DNA of 61,013 nt from Alloascoidea hylecoeti (lineage: Eukaryota): positions 124,001-185,013 of the forward strand of contig BCKZ01000026.1 in assembly GCA_001600815.1 (NCBI GenBank), given 5' to 3'. Made by a program: the position numbers and the translations under genes. Of this stretch, positions 25,315 to 38,187 are shown piece by piece. Each line of letters starts with the position of its first letter. The first letter of the stretch is position 1. The notes under the pieces were generated by a model. It saw only the letters and a list, made by a program, of their open reading frames with translations, was not told where the DNA came from and made no database searches.

Positions 25315-27255
25315 ATGAGCGTCTTTTACATCAACGACTTTTCGAGGGAGGAGTCCAACACTCTGCGGATCCTGGCGGTCGTCTCGTCGTCCCTGTCCAT
25401 TGTCGCCGGAATCTCCGCCTTCTACTTCATGGCGGCCATCGACAAGTCCAAAAAAGTGTTCCGGCATCAACTTATCGTGTTTCTTCTGCTGTTCGACATG
25501 CTCAAAGCCGTCGTCCTGCTCATCTTCCCGGCCAGAGTCATCGCCATAGATGCCCAGTACTCCTCCAAGCGGTTCTGCTACACCGTCGGCTTCTTCACGG
25601 CCACCTCCATCGAAGGGGCAGACCTGGCCATCCTCACCTTTGCTATCCACACGGCCCTCATCATCTTCAAACCTTCGTTCGGCCAGAAGTCAAAAGAGGG
25701 TGGCCTGTACCGGCTGAGATATTTGGTCTATTTCATCTCTTTCGCCGTCCCGGTGCTCCTCGCCAGTCTGGCTTTCATCAACAAGGAACCCTACATCGCC
25801 TCAACCACTTGGTGCTACCTTCCTCCACGGCCTTTGTGGATGCGACTGGTTTTATCTTGGGCCCCCAGATATTTCATAATATGCGTCATCCTAATCATCT
25901 ACATATCAATATACCTCCATGTGATACGCCAGTTTAATCTAATCAGTAATAATGTCAATAATTTAAATAAATCCCATGCAACTCCTGATCAATTGGATTC
26001 TCAATTGGTTTCTCAAAGTTGGTGGAAATATTTCTCTACTCAATTCTTATTATGTTTTGTTTGTTTCCAATCTTTAACTGATAAAAACGATGATGACAGT
26101 CAACAATATATTTTACCTACTTTATCAAATCAAAATACAAATTCTTCTTCTCCAATTAATCCTCCACCACAAATCCATGAATCTCCAACACAATTACAAT
26201 TACAACATCAAAATTTACAAGCTGAAATTCATGAAGCAACTGTAACCAGTTTTCAAATTAGAAAATCAAATATTGAAAAACAAATGAAATCTATTTTTGC
26301 TTACCCAATTTCTTATATTTTTTTATGGTTAGCTCCTTTCATCTTACAATGCTTACAATTTAAATATGAATTACATCATAGACCAGTATATTGGATTGCT
26401 TGTTTAGCTGCTTTTATGCAACCTTTTAATTGCACCGTTGATACTTGTGTTTTTTTATTTAGAGAAAGACCATGGCATTATACTACAAATGCTATAAAAT
26501 CAAGGCATCCTGTTGTTCATGTTCATGGGCAACCTACTTTTACAAATGATATTCAACTTCATAATAATCATCATACTTCTACTTCTACATCTCAAATCTC
26601 TCAATTATTACATTCACTTAAACAATCAATAATACATGGGCTTACTTGGTTTCATTTTAAAAAACCAAATAAAAATCAATCCCATCCACTTGATAATTTT
26701 TCTTTTTCTCCTTCAACTCCAAAACAACATCATCATATAAATGGTTTAATAACTCCAAAATATAGAACTTCAACCACTCCTATATCTCCATTAACACCAA
26801 TGCATCCAAATATTAGAAATAATCATATACATGAACATCCATCACAAGGTTCAAATAATCTTTATGATGAATCAATTTCACCTGACGAAAAAATTTCAAC
26901 ACGTAAAGATTCAAAAATATCTTGGAGATCAATACTTACTTTTGGTTCAAGATCTTCTTCAAATGTTTTAAATAATTTACCAACTGATTCAACAAATTCA
27001 AATTTAAATTTAAATTCAAATCCAAATCCAAATCCAAATTCAAATTCAAATCCAAATTCAAATTCAAATCAAAACGCAAAACAATTAAATTCTCATCCTT
27101 CTTTAGAATCAAATTTCCCTGACTTATCAAACACTAATAACACTGCAAATAATACAATATATGAAATTCCTAATGATTCTTTATTATCTCAAAGAAATAA
27201 TATAAATGATGGAGAAGAAGAATTTGATTTAATTGATTTTTTACGACGAGGATAA
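25315..27255 (+). CDS. GPR1: Glucose-sensing GPCR, Gpr1/Git3 family
   Basis: FRHQLIVFLL, GGLYRLR, WCYLPPRPLWMRLVLSWAPRY, QMKSIFAYP, FLFRERPW, C-terminal DLIDFLRRG. First ATG at 25315. Confidence 0.92.
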   Translation: MSVFYINDFSREESNTLRILAVVSSSLSIVAGISAFYFMAAIDKSKKVFRHQLIVFLLLFDMLKAVVLLIFPARVIAIDAQYSSKRFCYTVGFFTATSIEGADLAILTFAIHTALIIFKPSFGQKSKEGGLYRLRYLVYFISFAVPVLLASLAFINKEPYIASTTWCYLPPRPLWMRLVLSWAPRYFIICVILIIYISIYLHVIRQFNLISNNVNNLNKSHATPDQLDSQLVSQSWWKYFSTQFLLCFVCFQSLTDKNDDDSQQYILPTLSNQNTNSSSPINPPPQIHESPTQLQLQHQNLQAEIHEATVTSFQIRKSNIEKQMKSIFAYPISYIFLWLAPFILQCLQFKYELHHRPVYWIACLAAFMQPFNCTVDTCVFLFRERPWHYTTNAIKSRHPVVHVHGQPTFTNDIQLHNNHHTSTSTSQISQLLHSLKQSIIHGLTWFHFKKPNKNQSHPLDNFSFSPSTPKQHHHINGLITPKYRTSTTPISPLTPMHPNIRNNHIHEHPSQGSNNLYDESISPDEKISTRKDSKISWRSILTFGSRSSSNVLNNLPTDSTNSNLNLNSNPNPNPNSNSNPNSNSNQNAKQLNSHPSLESNFPDLSNTNNTANNTIYEIPNDSLLSQRNNINDGEEEFDLIDFLRRG

Positions 27256-30200
27256 TTTTTACAATACATTTTAATTAAATTAAATCAATCAATCAATCAA
27301 TTAAATATAAGTACACATTTTAATATTCGCGATTCACACACAATTCACCACTGATATTTATTTCACAATTTTGAATCCTTATCATCCAATCACCCAACAC
27401 AATCCAATACAATCCATATCAATCCATATCAATTCTATTTCAATTCAATCAGTCAATCAGTAATTATCCCACCACTCATTATACATTTAATCACTCATTA
27501 CTCATTAATATTTAATCATTCATAATCATAACCTAATGGATCTATAGCTATTATTCCTTCAACATTGTATTATTATATCTATTTGTATTTCAACCCAAGC
27601 CCCTTTTTTTTTCAACCAGCCACATCTATAAATTTCAAATAAAGGTCTATCAGTTCTTGTTTTTACTTTGATTTTACTTGATTTTTATTTTTATTTCTTC
27701 AACCGTTATGTTTTTTATTTGTTCTTTGACGATATATTTTGTGTTTAAAGTTTAATTTTGTTTATACCGGTAAGTTTACGAGTGCAATTACAATGGTACT
27801 TGGTTGTGTTTATATCAAATTTACAATCAATGATGATGTAATCTGCTAATATTCATGGATAATATAATATAATATTCAATTATAATTTCAACTCCAACTT
27901 TCAAGTCCAAGTTGTTTCCAACTTTTTAAGAAAGAAAATAGTAAAATAGTAATCGTAAATCTTTTTACAATTATTTGACAGATTGGACACCACGTGATAG
28001 TAAATTAAATAATACTATTTCTACGCCACTGATTTATATCAAAGAGAAACAGAAATCGACTGACGTCTCCATCCTTGTATTTAATACAGCTTTCCACTTA
28101 TTTTCAGCCAATTAGTGGTGTGAAGATTGGCCCACTTGATTCACTAAATTTCAACACTTACTAATCATAATTAAAACGTACTTCCTACACACTTCTGTGA
28201 TCTATTGATGAACAGCGCTAGCAACAAAAAATGAAATGAAAATTGTAAAATTCCATATTGAGTGATTAATAAAATTAACTTTAAAGTATAAATGGTCTAT
28301 ATAAACATACCTTTTATCACAATAAAAATGAGAATCTACATATAATACTTTTGGTCTTGGACCAATTTAATAAAAATTTTGATTCAATAATTTGATTATG
28401 TCTTATTTCAATTTTTTTACGTTGATTTTATGATGTGGGCGGGACATTTTAAAAACTTTGGTCTTCACAAAATATGCATGCATCTGTACATACTACGCTA
28501 TACGGAAATATAGTAGCATACATATACATGCACCCATTTAGATAAAGAAGATTGTATTAACTGTTTTGCATGGGATACATGTTAATTCATCTAACTTTTA
28601 CCGTCTTTTGATACATAATGGAAGTTATTTTGGTTCTGTGATTACATTTTCTACGGGGTGTCATTTTAAGTGTCCTGCACCATATGTCAAAAAGGCCAGA
28701 AAAAGGTCTCTCCCAGCACTTCAAATGCTAGTTTCGAGGAAGAAGAACGTCATTCTTTTTGTTTACGTGAAATTTTCAGAAAATTGGAAGCTCGTGTTTC
28801 AGCGTTGGAATTTTAGATATAAGAAATCAAAGACATGGCCGTATGGACCATGAAGTTTTCTGTTCTTATTTTTTGCCAGGAACTAGAAATAACACATCCG
28901 ACAGGCCGACTTTGTATTGCTTTTAGGAAACGAATGAATCGAATGATATATTATAAGGGATATATGTATCTACTTATAATGTTAAACTATCTATTTATAA
29001 ATATAAGGAGCCCTGTATAAAAGAGGAGAAGTAATGTAAAGTAGTATACGCGTATGTATGTAGATGTATACGATTTATGACAATTAATGATAAAAGGATA
29101 AATTAAAAGATTGCACTGTGTATCAGTAAAAATTACCGAGTTACCCGAAATTTTTACATTTCAACCACGAATTACAAAACCAGCAACATATTTAAATTAT
29201 TAAAAATAGTACTTAATCTCATAAATCGATGATATATGTTCAACAATTTTCTTTGTAAAGATTGTTGTGGTTGTAAGAGTTCTACGATTTGGAATATTGA
29301 ATTAGCTCCAAACTCCCAACATATATCTCTCTTTGCTATCTCATGAGAATTATGTGTAATTAGTACATTTTCTTTCTTAGAAGTCTGAACCACACTTAGA
29401 ATAGTGTTTAGGGAATTTTCGAACATTATGGTGTAAGTAAGTAAGAGCTTTCCAAGTTCATGCATAAATCAACATAAAATATCGGTATCTTACGTTTTCA
29501 ATTTTCCCATCCACGCTTCATATTATTCATAATCTTCGTTTACAAACTTGGTGAATTTACATCGTTCAGGTAAATACTCTTGTAAAATGATTTTTTCCTC
29601 GATTTATTTATTACTTTTTCGCCTACTCAATTACACCACCACAGAAATAAATCAAATAAATTGGGAAATCTTAATATCTAGTCCTATATCTAAATCATTG
29701 AGAAAATAATAAAAAGAGCAAATGGGCTCAGATAATATATTCAGATGAAAAAGAGGTATGAAGATGTTCTTCACTTTATGTGTGATTTACTTACTTAAAT
29801 AGCTTCTATGGTTAATAGTTTCTAGTTAAGTTGAAAATATATATATGTAAATTCGAAGTTAAAAAAAAAGTGTGTTTTTTGGGTTGTGTTCAAATCTCGA
29901 TAAGGGTTTTCACGAAATAATCCCAATTAGGAATTTAGTAAAAAATGTTTATTATATTTTTTTTATTGACTTCCTTCTTCTCTTCTGTTTATGTATTGTA
30001 ACTTATTTTCTTTAGTTCGCAAAAATTAGAAAATCCCCTCTATACCCAAATATTTTTGAGGCTTAGTTAGTTAAGATTCAACAACAGATCTAGATCTACA
30101 TCATTTTCGATGTAAGTACGGACTCAATAATGAATAAGGCAAATTTTATTTACAGAGGAAAGGTTCCAGTAAATTTAAATCTTAAATCAAACTTGGGACC

Positions 30201-30983
30201 AAGAATTAAGGGGGTCGCTGAAATTTTGTATTCAGTATGGGCTAACAATAGTGCATAAAGTGGCCTAATATTAAGTTTAAAGTATGGCCGGATAATTAAT
30301 TTATCAACTGGCCAATATTTATTCATCATTGTTGTCTAACATTAGTGTATCGTGGCCTATTATTTTTTTAGTCCACCAGGTGGCCAAAATCGAGCGAGAA
30401 GGCCCTATAAGTTTGTAGGGTTATCATACCAAATAGAAATCAGATTATAAATTATAACAATACTATAGCTAATGTAAGAATATATCGATTGGTCCTGAAA
30501 ATACAATGTGTTTAAATTTATAATACCACACGTGCCAAAATGCACTTATAAATAGCGTAGAACGTATCGGCATTTGACCGTGGTACAATTTTAATTTATA
30601 TAGTAGTATATACGTATTAATATCTTCCTTTGTAAAGTTGCAAAAGTTTCGCTACTCTATTTAACTCTATAACTCTATATATGAAATATTGAATAATAAC
30701 TGAAAGAGGAAATTAAATATCGATATTTCATATTTGTTCTGTATACCAGTATCGTAACATTTACCAGTTAAGGTCTTATAGCTGTATGCTAGTAGATGTA
30801 GATCGATTAGATAAGCCCAATATGCATTATACAACTTTAACGGGACTTGCCCGAAATAACCACATCATCTGATTTTGTTTCATGGATTTTATTTCTCTTT
30901 TAAGATCTTTCTTCTTTGTGTCTTTTCTACTTCTACCCTTCGTTTAACCTCTTTCAAATATTTAAATTTCAACAATACCATCA

Positions 30984-31749
30984 ATGATAATAACATATAC
31001 AAGTTCAAAGGCGATATCGACGATTCCGAAATCTAGTTATGGCTGCACTACAGCCAAAAGATTTTCTTCTTCATTTAGAGGAAATTCTATTAATGTAACT
31101 CCAAAAAGGAAAACATACAAAAAGCTCCCTAAAGTCCCTAGTACAGAGTTCATGAGTCCCGGAAGTATGTATTTACTGTTAAGCGCGTCTGTAAAAAAGC
31201 ATACTAACACGCATACTTTCAGAGTTATTTAAAGATTGTCTATATTCGGGATATCGACCACTTCCATTGACACCACCACCAGTGTTTCCACGTTGGGCAC
31301 CGAAATCATGTAGCAATAAAGCAACAAATCAAACTGGTTATTTCCCGCCATCATCCTCATATAAAAATGAGATAATAACGTTTTGTCCTCCAAATAATAA
31401 ATCATCAAAGGCAGTTGTTAGATCTTTAATTCCACAAAATTCAGAATCTTCCCACACGCGTCCTAATTCTAATAATTTTTGGTCTGCTTCTGCTACTGGT
31501 GTAGAACGCTATCCTGAGATGGATAAAGTCCCAAGATCTATACTTGATAATTTGAAACCATTTCAAGAGCCAGAGATGCCTGTTGAGGTTAATATCACAA
31601 CCGGACGAGAAGTCAAACAAACTAATATTTCAGAATGTAAAATTAAATCAACTACTCTGGACCTAAATATGGAAATGAATGCTGATATTGATCATGAAAG
31701 GAAAAAGAAAAAAGTGATCGAAGAAGACAACGACAATATAAAACAGTAG
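30984..31749 (+). CDS. Second PET20/SUE1/MRX6-family protein (2 exons)
   Basis: Exons 30984-31164 and 31223-31749 (GTATGT...TACTAAC...CAG) give LPKVPSTEF...LYSGYRPL...WSASATGVERYPEMDKVP..ILDNLKPF. Confidence 0.8.
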
Positions 31750-32855
31750 TACTATATGTCAATGAAGCTATTAACTAATTATAAGTTATTTATTATCTAG
31801 CATTCATTATAATTATAATCAGTTAAAGTTCCTTTTACATTGGATTTGGTTTATTTCAAATATATATTACAATTGTCATTATAAAATTTAATATTTTCAA
31901 CGTGTGATATTAATATGGATATTAATAGATATATAGTTATTATTTATACCGGTATACAGTCCTAAGTACGTATGATGTACTACAAAATAAATTCGTTAAA
32001 CAAAATTTTCATCTTGGTACTGATATATATCTTTAAGAAATTAAATACAGTGGTAAATTTGGGAACAAACTAACGTACGTAATTAGGGCAGTATTTGAAT
32101 TTTGAATCTTCTTTGGTGTTCATTAACGATACCTATGTAAATATTAGTATGTATTGGTACCGATCCGTAATATAATATTTTGGCAATTTATCAGCCCCTG
32201 CAAAGTGGTTTCCCTGATAACTATTCAGTCAAGATGTGTGTTGACGGTTTTTTGTTCCATATAGTATACAAGAGGACCGAAAATAATTAGTGATTTATTC
32301 ATTAGAGATGTCCCAATAGTAATTGGATTAAAAGCAGTTTGCTTGCAATTGTGAATTAATGGGCGATTATGAAGATGATTTAATCAACATTTTCACACAC
32401 AGACCAACAAGTACCATATACATTAAGGCTTTAAATTGTTAGAGTGAGAGATGCTACATTATCACTTCGAATGTAACAAATTCAATGACGTTGCTGTGAA
32501 CCAGTAAGATGGCACTATAATTTTCGATGTTATTACAGTACTATATAAAGCCTTATAGTATTAATATTCTAATATTCATATAGTATTTCATATATTGTAC
32601 AGGTACTACATCTCTAATGGAACATCTAAATCTGTGTTATAACTATTGTATCCTATAACTATATAATACATGGACTCGCCAAATCAAAAATTAACCAGTT
32701 AATAAAAAATATAAGTTTAGGGGTAAAAAAATAGAAAAACCCGTTTCATTATTTTAATGCTAATGAGAAAAATGCAGTGCATGTCTTACATATATAAATT
32801 TCCTCGAGATCGTTATAGTATACGCGTATAATCAATATTTATTGATTGATCAGAA

Positions 32856-34160
32856 CTAACTATGGTGGGCCCGGGGGTTAACTTGGCTCTGATCTAACAA
32901 ATTTGGGGGTGTCGTAGTACTTGAAATTCTTCCCATCACCGTAGGTTGCGCTGTATCTCTTAACTTTCTCCTATCAATTATTTCTGGATTACTATAATAA
33001 CCATCACCCGTAGCAGAGGGGACAGAAGAAATTGTAGTATTGCGATTAGGATCTAAGTTCTCTTTGTTGCCATCTAATGTAGGCCCAACTCCATAAACCC
33101 TGGCACTAGAGAAAGAAGAAACTGGACTTGATTGATCTTCCTCAGAAAATATGATTTCATGGTGGGCAGAAAAATAATTGTAAAGAGAGTCCAAGTACGT
33201 GTGTGTTTCTTCAAGTTTCTGCCGTAACTTGATTTCTGTTTTATACGCATCTTCCATTTCTAGGAACTCGTCAAGAGCACCAGCCGCGTGGCAATATTGT
33301 GATGTATAGTACTTAGCTTTAACACATTCAATAGGGTAATGTGCAAATAGATTCATCAGCTGTAAACAATCATTCGCATTCTTTGTGCCCATGGCAGGTA
33401 GCGTATTCATTAGATCAAATTGAAGCAAATGATTTGCAAGGTAGTATCCGCAAATCCCAATTGTTGCTGTTGAGAAGCAGTAGTACTCTTCACGAAACAT
33501 CATCATTTCACAAAGATAGAGTGCAAAATTGTATGACAAATCGTAATACCTTTCTAGTTGCGCATCCATAATATCTTCCTCACTGGTTTCCAATCTGATA
33601 TGGTAATCTAAAGACAATCTCACAAAGAATTCAAGTGTTGGAGTAGAAATGTCCCAGTTTAAACGTTCCAATATCTCCAATTCTGCACGCTTAATATCTG
33701 CTTTGTTATATAAATTAAAGCAATGATCAACAAGAAGTTGGGACCTAGGCACCATTGATTGGGTTTCATTTGATTTAGCTGAAATCCACAACGAAACGAC
33801 GCCAAACAGTAGATAATAATGAGCTGAAATAGCACATATTCCAGCATATCTATCAAGAATGTCAACTGCTAAATAAAATGTCCCAGTAGACAGATTAAAA
33901 TGGCGAGCCAGAGCCAACACAAACTCCAACACAGATGCCCTTGAAGTCCAATCTATGGAAGGCTGATAGTCCATGAGATCAACAAAAACTCTTAGATTCT
34001 TCTCTTCATCAATAAGAATTTGGTGCATCTGGATATCATCATCATTGATATCATCAACTCTACTTTCATTTGATTCCGAGCTTCCTGCACAATTATCCGG
34101 AGACATAGTTAATTCTGATATTTGTTCACATAGAAGTGAATTGATTGTTGGTGATGCCAT
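32856..34160 (-). CDS. Cyclin, divergent G1 (Cln/Ccn1/Puc1)-type
   Basis: QPSIDW..R...LEFV, TFYLAVDILDRY, LWISAK, ELEILERLNWDI cyclin box; Ser/Thr/Pro-rich tail with KEN. Confidence 0.8.
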   Translation of the reverse strand: MASPTINSLLCEQISELTMSPDNCAGSSESNESRVDDINDDDIQMHQILIDEEKNLRVFVDLMDYQPSIDWTSRASVLEFVLALARHFNLSTGTFYLAVDILDRYAGICAISAHYYLLFGVVSLWISAKSNETQSMVPRSQLLVDHCFNLYNKADIKRAELEILERLNWDISTPTLEFFVRLSLDYHIRLETSEEDIMDAQLERYYDLSYNFALYLCEMMMFREEYYCFSTATIGICGYYLANHLLQFDLMNTLPAMGTKNANDCLQLMNLFAHYPIECVKAKYYTSQYCHAAGALDEFLEMEDAYKTEIKLRQKLEETHTYLDSLYNYFSAHHEIIFSEEDQSSPVSSFSSARVYGVGPTLDGNKENLDPNRNTTISSVPSATGDGYYSNPEIIDRRKLRDTAQPTVMGRISSTTTPPNLLDQSQVNPRAHHS

Positions 34161-37100
34161 AGTAATAGTAAGATCAATAATAAGAGTTGTTGGAAAGCTG
34201 TTGAAACGATTTAACCGAAAGAAAAAAGATAAGAAAATTGGTAATTTAAATACTTTTCTGAATAGATCAGTATGGGAATTTCAATCTAGAATCAAACTAA
34301 GTTTGAATATTTGAAGGAAATATCAGTATAAAATTAAGTTTCGATTTCTGGCCAATATTGATACTAAATGTAAGTTTTTTGGACTTTTATAAATGATAAA
34401 AAAAAGACTAATATTATTGAATTTGGTAGATATCGCGATATATTATATATACAAGTATAATTATCACCTCCAACTCATGTGTTTTAGAAAGAAAGTTAAA
34501 TATTTCAAATGAGGTTTGAAATTATTGAAAGTTCAAATGCTAATAATATATAAAGCTTTAAGGGTAATAACCGAAAAGAGAATTAATTGCTTGATATCCC
34601 AAATGATGTCTAATTGTTAATCGCGATTTTAATGAAATTAACAGGAATAGACACTTTTATATGGCATATTTCATTTAAAGTAAAGTTAGTGCCTCTTAGC
34701 TTGCTTATGTATATCTGTTTGGATGCTTTTCTAGAAATGGAAAAGGAAAAATAAAAATTAATGCAGCTATAAATTTATTGTGATAAGATAGGTGTATTAT
34801 ATTAGATATAATACCATTGAAAAAGTTCTTGGAACTGGTACTAACGCTAGTACTGTTTTATCATGTATCTCAATCATTGTAGTGGTTCAAGATACAAAAA
34901 CTAGTGTATTAAACCCACAATCGCTAGTCCTTTGTTTTGTTGTTTTATAATATGAATTATGCAGAAGAAAAGCTTAAATTCAATATAACAAAAAAATTAT
35001 TTTTACGTCGTCAGTGGTTATGAATGATATTAATTATGATAATTTGTGAGCTAATTTTGCAATTGGAAGGCTTTCATATATATAATTTTTTTTAATACTC
35101 GTAATATTTATTTGTTCATAATAATATCAATGGTATACAATAAAGTTGAATTTTGAGAACATTGGCCATTGAAAAATAATTGAATTTATTTATTAACGTT
35201 TAATTATATACCTTAAAATCAATTGCTGACCATATTAGGAAATATTCACTATACGAGATGTGACCTGAATATAGGCATACTACATGTATGCTTGGAGTCG
35301 TCAAAATTCTAACTTTACTTTCATATGACAGAATCAAATTTAACGAATTTTTTCCAATTGTAATTGAGAATCTGAAACATTATAATTGGATATGGGGGAA
35401 GTTAGGAAAAGATAATAAGTGCGCAATGAAATTTGGAATAACCCCTTCTTTAAATTAAATTCATGATCGTTGCTGGATCAGACTGTAACTATAATGTTAA
35501 CTGAATTCAAATAAATGGCAAATTTCACGAAATATTCACCTTTTTCTAGTACCAATACTGTTTTCATATCCTTTGATGTTATAGATGAAACTCTTGAAAT
35601 TTTGACTGCAGCTAACGAATAAAAAAATATTCGGAAATTGATCATTGCAGTTGTTGTGAAGATGTATATTCTCTAGAATTGTGCAAAGAAATTGATATGA
35701 AATCATCTCAAGATTTTATTAACAAGTAAAAGTATATAAAACTAAATCGAAGAAATATAAGGGATACAAATGCTACTATGGAAAGTTCTAGACTAATGAA
35801 ATATTTCAAGTTTTCTAAGCAACTACAATACAATTGTTTGAATATAATTTGGGTTTCGACAATTAATATTATCAACAATGTTAAAATCTACCATCGAGAG
35901 ATCCAGAGCAAATACAACAATTAGCCCTTCTTCAATTCGGATCTATAACTAAAAAAAAAATTACTTTTATCTTTTACTGTTAAAGTTCAAAGTGCCTGTT
36001 CTCCCAATCGCGCCAAAAAGCCAATCGACTCTTTAGTGAACTGTTCTAAGAGTGTAATATATATCCAACATTTACTTATGTTTACTATCTACTGACTTGT
36101 TAAAATATTTCAATTGCAATCCTTTTCATTTTCTAATAATATATAATCATATATATATATATTAAGTTGTAATTACTGAACTTAGCTATAATCTATTTAT
36201 TATGAATCTAAAGTTTTCATATATATTGGAGAAAAATAGCCAATGGTCTACAGTATATGAATTTCAAACTGTGGAAATATATGAATAATCTTAATTAAGT
36301 TGCAACAATGTTTTAATTACAAAATAGTCAATAGAAACATCTTAATTATAGTTATATGGCATTTCATGGCAATAAAGTTAAACAAATATCAATAGCGCTA
36401 GAGAGAATTTCTTTGGTAGATAATAGATATGAATCATCTCAATAATATTATTTATTATTAAATGAAATATTATTAGTTTCAAACTTTTCATTATAGGTAT
36501 AATATAGTTAGTTAAATATAAATGAGTTCTGATCATATATTTATATATTATTATCAATTTTTAATGATTAATTCAATTATTAATGGAAAACAGTGATGCC
36601 GAAAAGTGAACTTCTCGCAACCTCATTTTTCTCCTCAGGACCTCAATTGAAAGCTATAATAGTTAGCAATATTATTTTGTGGAACTATTAGAGAGAAAGT
36701 TGAAAATTAACTCTTAGTAATAAATGATAAAATTAATTAGCTGATATTTTAGAAATTATTTAGTGATATGAGATGGATATATAAGGAATTGTTTGGCGTT
36801 ATTTAGGTAAAAATGGTGCGATATTTTGGTGTAACTACTTCTAACGGGCACTTATAAGATAACTATTTGGTGATTTATGTTCTTAAGTTGAACGATATCG
36901 TTGAAAATTAGCCTATTTTCCTGAAAATATTTCTATATTGAATGGTTTAACTTAATTTCTGCTCCCCGCATTTTAACTAAATATTTGGCCAAGCGATGCA
37001 CAACCATTAGGCTACGCTATATGGTGATGTTAGGTCATATTGATAGAAAGCTCCGTCAATCGATAAATTAAATATTCGTTACGAAATATTTTATCATGTG

Positions 37101-37281
37101 ATTATAAAACAACTACAGCTATAATTGAACGGGTCACTATGAATGAAATTTAATGTTATAATACAAATATATACAACTAATGTAAAATAGGATAGATTCA
37201 GCTAGTATAAAACTGTTAATTAAGTATCCAACAATATTTCTTAAAAATGCAATTATTAGTTAATTATCACCGCAAGATTTT

Positions 37282-38187
37282 TTATTTATAACCAAGAGCG
37301 ACATCAACTGAAAGAGGTCTATGATCTGAAAAGTATTCGTCTAAATATTTAGAGTGTAGTACAGAATAAGTGTTCACATCCACTCCCTTCGAAGGGGTGA
37401 ATATATAATCAATGCGAGTTTGTTTACTGATATCATTATCATTAAATCCAGTATAAGTTTTTTCATCACCAAATTTATAAGAAGCTTGGAGACTACTATC
37501 TTTCAATGCTTTTGACTTGGAAATCGTTTTGTAAGCACCATCACTTGGTTGAGAATTGAAATCACCTAACAGAAATACAGGATCTTTATTTTTTAGCTGT
37601 TTGATCTTCTTTAGAATAAGTTTTGCAGATTTAGTTCTAGCAATCACACCTTGATCATCAAGATGGGTATTAAAAACATTAATTTTATGATGGCTATTCT
37701 TATTTTGAAGATGTACCCAAGTGAGAACTCTATGATGTGCTGCATCCCAACCTTTACTAACAACATTAGGAGTTTGACTTAGCCACCAGGTATGATTATT
37801 AATCATATCCCATTGGTCATTTCTATATAATATAGGAGCATATTCGCCTTCTTCTTTCCCATCATCTCTACCAACCCCATAGTAAGACCAATCATTACCC
37901 AAGCCAGTCATAATATCTTCTATTTGATTATGTAAAGCTTCTTGAAGTGCTACAATAGTTCTATCTTTAGCATTATACCTGATGCTATTAATACACATCG
38001 TTTTTCTATCTTCCCACGGAGTTTCATCGGTTTGTAAAGTTGTAGTTGCGTATCGAATGTTATTGGAATATAATCTTATGGGAAAGCTAACTTCTGTGCT
38101 AAACCATTCCCATTGTTCCCATTTAACAGGGGCTGAAATAACAGAAGCAATAAGGGGCAATAGACTGGAAATGCAAGTAATTTTCAT
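37282..38187 (-). CDS. Secreted endonuclease/exonuclease/phosphatase (EEP) family protein, copy 1
   Basis: Signal peptide from ATG 38187; NIRY, LQE, GRDDG..EGEY, WLSQTP, NTHLD, GDFN, RIDYIF, SDHRP. Confidence 0.9.
   Translation of the reverse strand: MKITCISSLLPLIASVISAPVKWEQWEWFSTEVSFPIRLYSNNIRYATTTLQTDETPWEDRKTMCINSIRYNAKDRTIVALQEALHNQIEDIMTGLGNDWSYYGVGRDDGKEEGEYAPILYRNDQWDMINNHTWWLSQTPNVVSKGWDAAHHRVLTWVHLQNKNSHHKINVFNTHLDDQGVIARTKSAKLILKKIKQLKNKDPVFLLGDFNSQPSDGAYKTISKSKALKDSSLQASYKFGDEKTYTGFNDNDISKQTRIDYIFTPSKGVDVNTYSVLHSKYLDEYFSDHRPLSVDVALGYK

Noticed and set aside
24800..25920. Horizontal transfer as the cause of the GC islands
   Set aside because: The composition shift happens inside native yeast genes without breaking frame.
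28566..29020. Possible decayed Zn-cluster factor (KLEARVSALE) and short ORFs
   Set aside because: No recoverable Cys pattern; too weak to call.
34160..37282. Centromere or tRNA gene in the long AT-rich intergenic region
   Set aside because: No CDE motifs, repeats or A/B-box cloverleaf visible; not more AT-rich than other regions.
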